NCBI GenBank assembly: GCA_947649365.1 | Contig: CANSRH010000004.1 | Span: forward strand, 19,586 to 83,585 | Source of the DNA: an uncultured Mycoplasmatota bacterium | GTDB taxonomy: Bacteria; Bacillota_I; Bacilli_A; RF39; UBA660 | Direction: 5' to 3' | Length of the DNA stretch: 64,000 nucleotides | Part shown: positions 40,839-50,610 of the stretch, piece by piece | Numbering within the stretch: the first letter of the stretch is position 1 | Layout: every line of letters begins with the position of its first letter | Program-made: the position numbers and the translations under genes | Notes under the pieces: model-generated | Seen by the model: the letters and a program-made list of their open reading frames with translations, nothing else | Databases searched by the model: none | Told to the model about the DNA's origin: nothing

Positions 40839-41672
40839 ATGGAAAAGTACAAAGAAGTAGAAAGAAGCATTATAAAAACCTATCGAAAAGAAATATGGAG
40901 CAAATTTATAAAAGCAATCAAAGATTATGAATTAATAAAAGAAAACGATAAAATCATGGTTTGTATAAGTGGAGGAAAAGATTCCTTTTTACTTGCCAAG
41001 TGTATGCAAGAAATTCTTCGGCATGGAAAAATACATTTTGAAGCAAAGTATGTTGTAATGAACCCAGGATACAATAAAGAAAATATAAATCGAATAAAAG
41101 AAAATGCAAAACAATTAAACATTCCTATAGAAATATTTGAAACCGATATATTTCAAATAGCCAACACATTAAATGAAAAAAGCCCCTGTTATCTTTGTGC
41201 CCGAATGAGAAGAGGGCATTTATACAACAAAGCGCAAGAACTAGGATGTAACAAAATTGCTTTAGGACATCACTTCGACGATGTAATTGAAACATCTTTA
41301 CTATCAATGTTTTATGGTTCTGAAGTAAAAACCATGATGCCCAAACTACATAGTGACAACTTTGAAGGTTTAGAACTCATTCGTCCTATGTACCTTATAA
41401 AAGAAAGTGCTATTCTTTCATGGAGAGACTTCAATCACTTAGAATTCTTAAATTGCGCTTGTAAATTCACAGAAAAAAATGCTCTAGAAGAAAATAGCAA
41501 ACGAAAAGAAATGAAAAAATTAATCAGTGACTTACGAAAGTCAACCAAAGACATCGATGATAATTTATTTAAAAGTATGTCCAATATTAATTTGAATTGT
41601 GTTTTAGGTTATACAAAAGATGGTAAAAAACACCATTTTCTAGATACTTATGAGGAAACCAATGGAAAATAA
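40839..41672 (+). CDS. ttcA: tRNA 2-thiocytidine biosynthesis protein TtcA family
   Basis: SGGKDS PP-loop, CYLCARMRRG, LGHHFDD, IRPM. Confidence 0.88.
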   Translation: MEKYKEVERSIIKTYRKEIWSKFIKAIKDYELIKENDKIMVCISGGKDSFLLAKCMQEILRHGKIHFEAKYVVMNPGYNKENINRIKENAKQLNIPIEIFETDIFQIANTLNEKSPCYLCARMRRGHLYNKAQELGCNKIALGHHFDDVIETSLLSMFYGSEVKTMMPKLHSDNFEGLELIRPMYLIKESAILSWRDFNHLEFLNCACKFTEKNALEENSKRKEMKKLISDLRKSTKDIDDNLFKSMSNINLNCVLGYTKDGKKHHFLDTYEETNGK

Positions 41673-42042
41673 TTTATTCATTAAAAAAATAGTTTTCGAA
41701 AGAGACAAAGTAAGCGACTTTAAAAAGTATCCATTTTCTATTCCTTACTACAAAATTTTTAGAAATAGGGGTCTTTCCATTCTAGACGAACCAGAATCTG
41801 CTTTATCTCCTAGTTCAGATGAGTTGACTTGAATAAATAACTTAGCCAAAAATGATTCTCAATTTATTATTGTCACCCATTCTCCTATTTTAATTTCTTA
41901 CCAAAAAGGAACAATTTTAGATTGAAACCAAAATTTAAAAAAAGTAGAATACAAAGAAACAGACATTTACGAAACCTACAAATTGTTTTTAGATAATTCC
42001 AAAAAAATGCAAGAATCCCTTTTTCTAAAAGAAGAAGAATGA
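41662..42042 (+). pseudogene. COG3910-like AAA/ABC ATPase remnant
   Basis: YPFSIP joined directly to GLSILDEPESALSP (Walker A region deleted), QFIIVTHSPIL; two in-frame TGA. Confidence 0.8.
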
Positions 42043-42073
42043 TACAATAAAAAAGAAGTAAAGGTGATTTATA

Positions 42074-43504
42074 ATGCGTTTATATTTTTATGGTTTTATT
42101 TTATTAATTAAAAGATTTATTTTACGAAAAAATACAGGAAAATGTATTTTATCTTTTGTTGAAAAAATGGGAGTAGTTTATATTAAATTTGCACAAATGT
42201 TAGCCATGCAAAATATTGAAAATCTGTTTACAGAGGAAGATAGAAAAAACTTATCTAAGATTTGTGATCATTGCAACCCCATTCCTTTTAAAAAAATAAA
42301 AAAACAAATTGAAAAAGAATATGGTTGTCCTTTAAATAAAAAGTTTAAAAAAGTATTTGAAACTCCTATTGGTTCTGCTTCCATTTCACAAGTCCACAAA
42401 GCTATAACAAAAAATGGGGATGTAGTAGCCATTAAAATAAAAAGAAAAGATGTAACAAAAAGAATAGAAAAAGACATCAAACAACTTCGAAAAAATATGC
42501 ATCGATATGGCAAAATTTTGAAATTTAAAAATTATTTAGGAGGAGATACAGCACTAGATTTGTATTTAGAATGGATTAAAGAAGAAACGGATTTTGTAAA
42601 AGAAAAAAACAATATTTTAGAATACTTTCGTTTTGCCAAATCTGTAAATGGCAGTATACCAGAAACAAAAAACATTGTTGTACCAAAAGTATATAAAAAA
42701 CTATGTACAGAAAATATTATTGTCATGGAATTTATTTTTTCCAAAACCATCAATCAAATGCCATTAACCCAACAAAATAAAGAAAAAATTTCGAAGAGTT
42801 TAAATGACTACATTTTGTTATCCTTTTACGCACTATTTCATGATATGCCTGTAACATTTCATGGAGATCCTCATGGAGGAAATATTTATATTGATAAAAA
42901 TGGCAATTTGGGTTTTTTAGATATGGGTTTTATCTTTACCCTTTCCAAAGAAGAAGTAGCATATGTTCGAAAATTATTTTTAAATGCTTATACATGCAAT
43001 GTAGAAGATTTAACTAAAATATTATTAGAATCTTCAACGCAAAAAGAAGTAAACGTAGAGGAACTGAAAAGAGAAATAGAAAAATGTTGCAAACAATTTT
43101 CTAAAATTCCTATTTCTCAGTTTTATATGGATATGATAATGGTATATACAAAATTCAATGCTACACCGCCAAAAATTTTTTACAAAATGGCAAAGACATT
43201 TGTAGCTTTGTTTGGCATGACTACTTTCTTAAAAAATACAAAAACAACTGAAGAATTGTTACAAAAACAAATCATTGATTTTTATGTAACTAGAACCATG
43301 ACAGACATCAAAGAAATCACCAGTAGTAGCATTCACTTATTGCCAACCTTATTTAAAAATCTACTTACCAAAGGAATCACAAAAAGTATTACAGAACAAA
43401 TGATAGAATTAAGTGAAATGCAAAAGAAAATGACAAATGCAACAGCCCATGCAGGAGAAATCATAGAATTAATAAAGAGACAAGCGCAATTAAACAAAGA
43501 ATAA
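42074..43504 (+). CDS. ABC1/AarF/UbiB family atypical kinase
   Basis: YIKFAQML, GSASISQVHKA, VAIK, FHGDPHGGN, FLDMG. Confidence 0.9.
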   Translation: MRLYFYGFILLIKRFILRKNTGKCILSFVEKMGVVYIKFAQMLAMQNIENLFTEEDRKNLSKICDHCNPIPFKKIKKQIEKEYGCPLNKKFKKVFETPIGSASISQVHKAITKNGDVVAIKIKRKDVTKRIEKDIKQLRKNMHRYGKILKFKNYLGGDTALDLYLEWIKEETDFVKEKNNILEYFRFAKSVNGSIPETKNIVVPKVYKKLCTENIIVMEFIFSKTINQMPLTQQNKEKISKSLNDYILLSFYALFHDMPVTFHGDPHGGNIYIDKNGNLGFLDMGFIFTLSKEEVAYVRKLFLNAYTCNVEDLTKILLESSTQKEVNVEELKREIEKCCKQFSKIPISQFYMDMIMVYTKFNATPPKIFYKMAKTFVALFGMTTFLKNTKTTEELLQKQIIDFYVTRTMTDIKEITSSSIHLLPTLFKNLLTKGITKSITEQMIELSEMQKKMTNATAHAGEIIELIKRQAQLNKE

Positions 43505-43570
43505 CATAAAATTCGACATATCTTTTCAAAAACATTACTTATAATGAGAAAAGAAAAAGAGGAATGTCGA

Positions 43571-44815
43571 ATGAAAAGAAAAAAATTACGAATTGTTTGT
43601 GTGTTGTTTCTTTTTTTATGTCCTATCATTGGAGATGCAAAAGAAATATACACCTATTTAGAAACGGAAAACATAAATGAACTTACAAATATAAAAGCCA
43701 ACCACATACTTCTTATCAACCGAAACGACAATAAAATTCTTTATGAAAAGAATAGTGAACAAGAAATAGCTATTGCAAGTCTTACCAAAATAATGACCGC
43801 CTTAGTAACGATTTTACAAACTGAAAACCTAGATGAAACAATTCAATTAACAGAAGAAGCATTTCTTGGTATCGATGGATATATGGAAGCAGGATTTAAA
43901 ATTGGAGAATCTGTTACCATTCGAGATTTATTGTATGGAACACTTCTACCTAGTGGAGTAGAAGCCTCTCAAGCCTTAGCCCTTCATACCTCTGGTTCAA
44001 TAGAAAACTTTGTATCTTCCATGAATCATCTAGCGAATATCTTAGAAATGAATCATACCCATTTCAGTAATCCAGTGGGACGAGATGCAGACAACCATTC
44101 CACATTAGAAGACCTATCAAAACTATTGTTATTTGCTCTACAAAATGACACATTCTATGAAATTTATACAACAAAAGAATACACAACCACCAATGGATTG
44201 AACTTAAAAAGTACACTTTTTTCGGCATCAAGCAAATACAATTTAGACACCAAATTTATAAAAGGTTCAAAATCAGGATACACAAAAAAAGCAGGCCTTT
44301 GTTTATCCAGTATAGCAGAAAAGAATGGTACCGAATTTTTACTCTTGGTTGCAGATTCCTTATATGAAAATGGGTTTCCCAATCATGTAATAGACAGCAT
44401 GACGATTTATCAATATTTTTTTAATAACTATAGTTACCAAGAAATTTTAAAACAAAATCAAGAACTATCTACCTTTTCTATTTTAGACGGCAAAGAAAAC
44501 AATCTTACGATCAAAAGTGAAGAAAACATTTCCCTATATTTAAAAAATGACATGGCAGAAAAGTTAGAATACGAATTCGTTGGAAGAAATACCATAGACA
44601 AAAAAGTAAATTATGGAGATCATCTAGGAAACGTAGTAGTAAAATACAACCAAAAGACTTTATATACCTATCCCATCTATTTAAAAGAAAACATCACTTA
44701 CTTACACACCAAAGAAATACTTCTTCTATTTAGTAGTTTAGCAATTTTCTTTCTTTTTCTTTTTATGCTAAAATGGAAAAAAGAAAAGGAAAGAGAAATA
44801 TGCAAGAATACTTAA
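43571..44815 (+). CDS. D-alanyl-D-alanine carboxypeptidase (peptidase S11, DacA/DacB-like)
   Basis: IASLTKIMT, HFSNPVG, KSGYT..AG.CL, signal peptide and C-terminal anchor. Confidence 0.9.
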   Translation: MKRKKLRIVCVLFLFLCPIIGDAKEIYTYLETENINELTNIKANHILLINRNDNKILYEKNSEQEIAIASLTKIMTALVTILQTENLDETIQLTEEAFLGIDGYMEAGFKIGESVTIRDLLYGTLLPSGVEASQALALHTSGSIENFVSSMNHLANILEMNHTHFSNPVGRDADNHSTLEDLSKLLLFALQNDTFYEIYTTKEYTTTNGLNLKSTLFSASSKYNLDTKFIKGSKSGYTKKAGLCLSSIAEKNGTEFLLLVADSLYENGFPNHVIDSMTIYQYFFNNYSYQEILKQNQELSTFSILDGKENNLTIKSEENISLYLKNDMAEKLEYEFVGRNTIDKKVNYGDHLGNVVVKYNQKTLYTYPIYLKENITYLHTKEILLLFSSLAIFFLFLFMLKWKKEKEREICKNT

Positions 44816-45783
44816 ATGTATTTATCGATAAAGAATATCCAACATTTATAGACAAATACACCAAAACCCAAACTCTCCAACGTTTAAACTATGTAACTCA
44901 ATTTTGCGGTTGTGATTATACGAAACTTTACAGCCCTTTATTTGTATACACAAGATTTCATCATAGTATCGTAGTTGCTCATAGGACATGGCATTTCACC
45001 CATAATAAAGAAGAAACAATTTCTGCTCTTTTACATGATGTAGGAACGCCTTGCTTTGCCCATTCCATTGATTATGTCTTTGGAGATTATCTAAATCAAG
45101 AATCTTCTGAAAAAAATATAGTAGAAATCATAAAAAAAGATAAAGAATTAATGAACTACCTAAAAGAAGATGAGATTTCTTTAGAACAATTGAATGATTT
45201 AACCAAATATCCGATACTAGAAAACAAATCTCCAAAACTTTGTACAGATCGATTAGACGGAGTTTTGCATAGTTGCTATATCTGGTTGCATACCCATGAA
45301 CTCAAAAAGATAAAAGAAGTATATGACGATTTAGTAGTTTTAGAAAATGAACAAGGAAAGAAAGAAATTGGTTTCCAACACAAAAAACAAGCACTTCAAT
45401 TTGCTTATATGGTAAAAGAATATGCCATAGCATTACAAAAAAATGAAGACAAATATACTATGAAATTTGTTTCGGAAATCGTAAAAAAAGCATTTTTAAA
45501 AAAATTGATTTCTATGGAAGATTTGTATACGAAAAAAGAAAGTGACTTGGTAGACTTATTTCAAAAACATTTTTCTTCTTGGAGAGTTTTTAATGAGTCA
45601 GCAACCTTGATAAAAGCAGACAACCAACCTACGTCTTTTTATGTTTCCTTAGAAACCAAAAAAAGAAATGTCATTCCTCTTATAAAAACGAAGGAGGGAA
45701 GTAAAAGAATTACAGAAGAAATAGGAAAAGTACAAGAAATATACAATGAAATCGATTGTTTTAAAGATACAAAATATGCCTAA
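44800..45783 (+). CDS. HD-domain phosphohydrolase
   Basis: TRFHHS, ALLHDVG...H, DRLD. Confidence 0.85.
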   Translation: MQEYLNVFIDKEYPTFIDKYTKTQTLQRLNYVTQFCGCDYTKLYSPLFVYTRFHHSIVVAHRTWHFTHNKEETISALLHDVGTPCFAHSIDYVFGDYLNQESSEKNIVEIIKKDKELMNYLKEDEISLEQLNDLTKYPILENKSPKLCTDRLDGVLHSCYIWLHTHELKKIKEVYDDLVVLENEQGKKEIGFQHKKQALQFAYMVKEYAIALQKNEDKYTMKFVSEIVKKAFLKKLISMEDLYTKKESDLVDLFQKHFSSWRVFNESATLIKADNQPTSFYVSLETKKRNVIPLIKTKEGSKRITEEIGKVQEIYNEIDCFKDTKYA

Positions 45784-45872
45784 ATCGAAAAAATAAAAAA
45801 CATAATTTAAATTGCTTGAAAAGAAAGTAAGAATAGTATAGAATAACTCCTAACGAAAAAAGGAGTATTTTT

Positions 45873-46400
45873 ATGGAACAATTTTTAACACCAAAATTAG
45901 AACAAAATTTAAGTGAAATATCATTAGAATATGTTTATAAAAAAGAATTAATATTTCCAGATTGTCCAGGATTTGTAAAAAGAAATATAATTTCTAAATC
46001 CCCTGCGGGTCACGAAGACATCCTAGCAAGTTGGATGACCAAAGGCTACATTCCAAACGATTATGAAGCATGGCAACACGTAATGAGAAGAGAGCCTTTA
46101 CTTGCCAATATGCGTTTTTCTGAATTAGGAGACCTGATTGTTCATATATCTAAAAAAGAAGCTTCTCCATTTAATATACTTTATTGCCCAGAAAAGATGC
46201 AAGATTTCCAAAAATGGAGAGTAAGAATATGGTGGGAATATTTTAGAAGAGCAAACAAATTTTGTGAAATAAGTTATAAAAGTCAAGAAAAGAGTATTTG
46301 TTATTCTTCTGAGAATATAGAGGAGTTTTTAGAACAAGAACAAATACTAAACGATACTTACATGAGAACTCTTGCAAAAAAATTTTACAAAGAAGAATAA
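45873..46400 (+). CDS. hypothetical protein
   Basis: RBS AAGGAG; no recognised motif. Confidence 0.7.
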   Translation: MEQFLTPKLEQNLSEISLEYVYKKELIFPDCPGFVKRNIISKSPAGHEDILASWMTKGYIPNDYEAWQHVMRREPLLANMRFSELGDLIVHISKKEASPFNILYCPEKMQDFQKWRVRIWWEYFRRANKFCEISYKSQEKSICYSSENIEEFLEQEQILNDTYMRTLAKKFYKEE

Positions 46401-46517
46401 AGATAATTCTTTTTTTTATGAAATTTTTTATCTATTATTGTCGAATGCCTTGTAATCAAAAAAGATGTATATATAATAACGCCTAATTCTTGTTCTAATT
46501 ATTAATAGAGAAAATAA

Positions 46518-47354
46518 GTGACAAAAATGAAACAAGAAATAAAAGGATTAGAAAATAATGAGAATACATTTGAAAAAATAAAACACACGGACGAATTCGG
46601 GGTTGATTATTGGTTTGCTAGGGAACTTATGGAAGCATTAGAATATAAAAAATGGCAAAAATTTTTAAATGTGATAAGTAATGCTAAGATAGCTTGTGAA
46701 CAAAGTAATAATTTTGTAGAAAACCATTTTACCCAAATGGATAAAATGGTTAATATTGGATCTAATACAACGAGAAAAATTATAGATTACAAATTAACTA
46801 GGTATGCATGTTATTTAATTGTTCAAAATGCAAATCCTAACAAGAAACCAGTAGCACTTGGTCAAACTTATTTTGCTGTTCAAACCAGAAAACAAGAAAT
46901 CAGTGAATTAGAATATGCCTCTTTATCAGAGGAGGAAAAAAGAATTTATCAAAGAAATTTAACAAAAAAAGGCAATTATTCTCTAAACCAAGCAGCTAAG
47001 AAATCGAATGTAAAAAACTTTGATAAATTCCATAATGAAGGATACAAAGGTCTTTACAATGGAGAAACTGCAAATGATATTGCGAAAAGAAAAGGGCTAC
47101 GATATAGAGAGGAAATTTTAGATAACATGGGAAGCGACGAATTGATTGCTAATTTATTTAGAATATCTCAAACAGAACAAAAGTTGAAAAGAGAAAAAAT
47201 AAATACGGAAAAGAAAGCAAACGAAGCACACCATAAAATCGGAAAAATTGTTAGAAATGCTATAAAGGAGGCAGGAGGAACAATGCCAGAAAAATTGCCA
47301 AAGCCCGAAAAAAGTTTAAAACAAATAGAAAAAGAAAAATCAAAAAATGATTAG
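46518..47354 (+). CDS. dinD: DNA damage-inducible protein D (BRO-N domain)
   Basis: YWFARELM, LTRYACYLIVQN, QTYFAVQTRKQE, ILDNMGSDELIANLFRISQT, GGTMPE. Confidence 0.9.
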   Translation: MTKMKQEIKGLENNENTFEKIKHTDEFGVDYWFARELMEALEYKKWQKFLNVISNAKIACEQSNNFVENHFTQMDKMVNIGSNTTRKIIDYKLTRYACYLIVQNANPNKKPVALGQTYFAVQTRKQEISELEYASLSEEEKRIYQRNLTKKGNYSLNQAAKKSNVKNFDKFHNEGYKGLYNGETANDIAKRKGLRYREEILDNMGSDELIANLFRISQTEQKLKREKINTEKKANEAHHKIGKIVRNAIKEAGGTMPEKLPKPEKSLKQIEKEKSKND

Positions 47355-47367
47355 AATGAATTTTTTC

Positions 47368-47398
47368 TTGCTATTTTGCATCGGGGGGGGGGTATAAT
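47368..47398 (+). promoter_or_regulatory. promoter with G10 homopolymer between -35 and -10
   Basis: TTGCTA-19 nt (G10 at 47383-47392)-TATAAT. Confidence 0.65.
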
Positions 47399-47452
47399 AG
47401 TTATATATTTTAAAAAGAAATAGTGATATAATAAATTCTAGGAGGAGTTTAC

Positions 47453-48355
47453 ATGTTAAAAGTAGAAAATGTAACAAAATATTATGGCTCATTCAAAGCG
47501 GTCGATAACTTATCATTTACTGTAGGCGATGGCGAAATATTTGGGCTTTTAGGAGTCAATGGAGCAGGAAAAACAACAACGTTTCGAATGATTATTGGAC
47601 TTCTTGATAAAACAGAAGGACAGATTACCTTAAATGGCAAACCTATCAACTATGATGTAACCGATAAAATAGGCTTCCTAACCGAAGAACGAAGTTTGCT
47701 TACCAAATTAACGGTCAAAGAACAAGTCATTTATTATGGTGTTTTAAAAGGAATGAAAGAAAGCGAAATTTTAGAAAAACTGGATGTTTGGTTAAAACGC
47801 TTTAATATAGAAGACTATAAAGAAAGAAAAATAAAAGAATTATCGAAAGGAAACCAACAAAAAGTACAATTTATTACAGCTATCATCAATAGTCCAAAAT
47901 TGTTAATTCTAGACGAACCTTTCTCTGGACTAGACCCAATAAACGTGCAACTATTTATGGATGTTATTAAAGAATTAAAGAGGCAAGGAACAAGCATTAT
48001 CTTTTCCTCACATCGTATGGAACATGTGGAAATGTTTTGTGAAAAATTAGTAGTACTTGTCCATGGAAAAAGTGTTCTAGCAGGAGAACTAAAACAAATT
48101 AAAAAAGAATACCGCAAGAAAAACATCCATATTGAAGCAAGTGATGTCGATATAAAGAAATTAAAAGAAATAAAAGGTGTTGTAGACGTAGTAGAAAACG
48201 AAAGTGAAATTGTTGTAAAAATTGAAAGTGATGAGAACGTAAATGATGTATTTGCCTTCATAAAAAATTGTAAAGAAGTCACAAAATTCGTTGTAGAAGA
48301 TGCTACTCTCAATGAAATTTTCTTAGACAAAGTAGGTGTTGTATATGAAAACTAA
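47453..48355 (+). CDS. ABC transporter ATP-binding protein (YhaQ/NatA type)
   Basis: GVNGAGKTT, LSKGNQQKVQF, LDEPFSGLDP. Confidence 0.93.
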   Translation: MLKVENVTKYYGSFKAVDNLSFTVGDGEIFGLLGVNGAGKTTTFRMIIGLLDKTEGQITLNGKPINYDVTDKIGFLTEERSLLTKLTVKEQVIYYGVLKGMKESEILEKLDVWLKRFNIEDYKERKIKELSKGNQQKVQFITAIINSPKLLILDEPFSGLDPINVQLFMDVIKELKRQGTSIIFSSHRMEHVEMFCEKLVVLVHGKSVLAGELKQIKKEYRKKNIHIEASDVDIKKLKEIKGVVDVVENESEIVVKIESDENVNDVFAFIKNCKEVTKFVVEDATLNEIFLDKVGVVYEN

Positions 48356-49664
48356 ACTAAAATTTTTAATCAAACAAAGTTTAAAAAAGAAAACCGATAC
48401 CAAATGGTTCAAAATAGCCAATATCTTAATTTTGGTTTTACTAATCGGTGTTGTAAATGTCGATCGAATCATTAGTTTCTTTGGAGGAGACTTTGAAAAC
48501 ACCACCAAAGTATACGTGATGGACGAAGCAAATTCCTATGAGTTATTAAAAGCAAATTTTGATGCGTTAACTTCTTCCTTAGAAGATTTAGGAAATTACG
48601 AACTAGAAAAGTCTGACAAATCTTTAGAAGAATTAAAGAGTGAGATTGAAGACAAAGACGATATTATTTTAAATATCAAAAAAAGTGACACCAATTACAT
48701 AGAAGCAAACATTACGAGTTTTGATCCCTTAGGAACCATCACAGAACAACTCCTACAAATGAGTTTAAACAACGTAAAAAGTGCCTATGTCTTAGAAACC
48801 AGTGGTTTAAGTGAAGAAGAGATTGCTGCGTTAACAAGCAATGTCGTTTTATCTAAAAACGTAACCAATCCTGATTTAGACGAAAATGCGGAAGGAAATG
48901 ATTTGGTATCCAGTGGTTTAATTATTGTTCTCATTGTTCCATTCTTTCTATTAATAACCATGCTTACTCAAATGATTGGAGCAGAAATTAACGACGAAAA
49001 ATCAACAAGAGGAATGGAAATCATTATTTCCAATGTGTCTCCAAAAACTCACTTTTTATCTAAAATTATTTCTTCAACACTATTTGTTATATTGCAAGCA
49101 CTTATTTTAATAGCAGATGTAGTCATTGCGTTAGTCATTCGTAAACTATTAAGTGTAGCAGCATCTGGTGGGGTATCCACTGAAGTTGCAGGCTTCCTAT
49201 CTGAAACGTTAGAAACTATAAAAAATACTGGAGTATTAAGTTTACTTGCCAAAGGAGCACCATTTATTATTTTATTGTTCCTATTTAGTTTCCTTGCTTA
49301 TGCCATTGTTGCAGGAGTACTTGCTTCTATGACGACAAACATCGAAGACTACCAACAACTTCAAACACCACTTATGATTATCTTAATGGTAGGGTATTAC
49401 ATTGCCATTATGGCCTCTGCTTTTGAAGGAGCCTTATTTGTAAAAATAGTATCTTACATTCCTATGTTATCTTTCTTGATTTCTCCAGTTATTTATTTAC
49501 TTGGACAAATCAGTTTACTAGAACTTATTTTATCGACGATAATATGTGGAGGAGTAACTTACTTATTGTTCCATTTCGGACTTCGTATTTATAAAGTAGG
49601 AATCTTAAATTATAGCAGTCAAGATTTATGGAAAAAAATATTCAAATCGATGAAAGAAAAATAG
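48345..49664 (+). CDS. ABC-2 permease (YhaP/NatB type)
   Basis: EKSTRGMEIIIS motif, multiple TM helices. Confidence 0.9.
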   Translation: MKTKLKFLIKQSLKKKTDTKWFKIANILILVLLIGVVNVDRIISFFGGDFENTTKVYVMDEANSYELLKANFDALTSSLEDLGNYELEKSDKSLEELKSEIEDKDDIILNIKKSDTNYIEANITSFDPLGTITEQLLQMSLNNVKSAYVLETSGLSEEEIAALTSNVVLSKNVTNPDLDENAEGNDLVSSGLIIVLIVPFFLLITMLTQMIGAEINDEKSTRGMEIIISNVSPKTHFLSKIISSTLFVILQALILIADVVIALVIRKLLSVAASGGVSTEVAGFLSETLETIKNTGVLSLLAKGAPFIILLFLFSFLAYAIVAGVLASMTTNIEDYQQLQTPLMIILMVGYYIAIMASAFEGALFVKIVSYIPMLSFLISPVIYLLGQISLLELILSTIICGGVTYLLFHFGLRIYKVGILNYSSQDLWKKIFKSMKEK

Positions 49665-49769
49665 TCTCTAAAAAAATAGAGGCTTTTTTATTTGCAAAAA
49701 AATAGGAACCAAAAAAAGAAAGACGCATAAAATAAAGTAGAACACGACTTTAAAAAGAAAGGAGGAAAA

Positions 49770-50555
49770 ATGAGTAGAATACTTGAAGACGCTACCGATC
49801 AAATCACTCAAAGGTATAAACAAGGAATACATAGTGGAATAGATGTAGTAAAATACAAAAACAAATTATGTAATGTACTTGCCCATAGTGAAGGAATAGT
49901 CGTATGGATACAAACAGGACAAAAGAATAATAAAAATGCAACAGGAAATGCTTCTTATGGAAATTGTGTAAAAATAAAACACAAAAATGGAATGTATACT
50001 TTATATGCGCACTTAAAAACGGTAAAAGTATCTTTAAATGAAAACGTGAAAAAAGGACAAATCTTAGGATACATGGGAAACACAGGAAATGCAAAAGGAA
50101 GTCACTTACATTTTGAAGTAAGAAATGAAAACAATTTAAGAATAGATCCTACACCTTATTTAGAAGGCGATTTTTCTAGTACAAAGAAAATAACCTATCA
50201 AGTGTATGACAATGTGAAGAACAAATGGCTGAACAATATAACGGCTGGACAAGGAGAAAACATAATGTCCTATGCCGGAAATTTAGGTCATTCCATCAGT
50301 GGGTTAAAAATTGATAAACGAAAATACAGAGTTCATGACAAAATAAAAAACAAATGGTTACCTTGGGTGACAGGTCGTAAAGGGTATGCTGGAAATTTAG
50401 GAAATGCAATTGATGGTTTGCAAATAGAAAATGCCACTTATAGAGTCCATTTAAAAGATGGAAAATGGTTACCTTGGGTAGAGAAAGCAGATGAAACAAA
50501 TCAAGGATATGCAGGAATATATGGTCGTGAAATAGATGCGATAGAAATAAAATAG
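49770..50555 (+). CDS. M23 endopeptidase with C-terminal cell-wall-binding repeats, no signal peptide (endolysin-like)
   Basis: HSGID, YAHL, GNTG..GSHLHFE; three Y.V[HY]....WL.[WN] repeats. Confidence 0.85.
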   Translation: MSRILEDATDQITQRYKQGIHSGIDVVKYKNKLCNVLAHSEGIVVWIQTGQKNNKNATGNASYGNCVKIKHKNGMYTLYAHLKTVKVSLNENVKKGQILGYMGNTGNAKGSHLHFEVRNENNLRIDPTPYLEGDFSSTKKITYQVYDNVKNKWLNNITAGQGENIMSYAGNLGHSISGLKIDKRKYRVHDKIKNKWLPWVTGRKGYAGNLGNAIDGLQIENATYRVHLKDGKWLPWVEKADETNQGYAGIYGREIDAIEIK

Positions 50556-50592
50556 GATAACTCAATACCTCTTGAGCTTATCCTTCTTTTTT
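50554..50592 (+). terminator. intrinsic terminator after M23 gene
   Basis: AGGATAA-CTCAA / TTGAG-C-TTATCCT hairpin plus T tract. Confidence 0.6.
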
Positions 50593-50610
50593 ACCGCACA
50601 AAAAAGAAAG

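Noticed and set aside
41662-42042. In-frame TGA codons suggesting TGA recoding (code 4/25)
   Set aside because: Trp is encoded by TGG in intact genes, TGA ends normal genes (16081, 36112, 57857), and this gene also has a large deletion
46430-46518. LexA box upstream of dinD
   Set aside because: No convincing GAAC-N4-GTTC match
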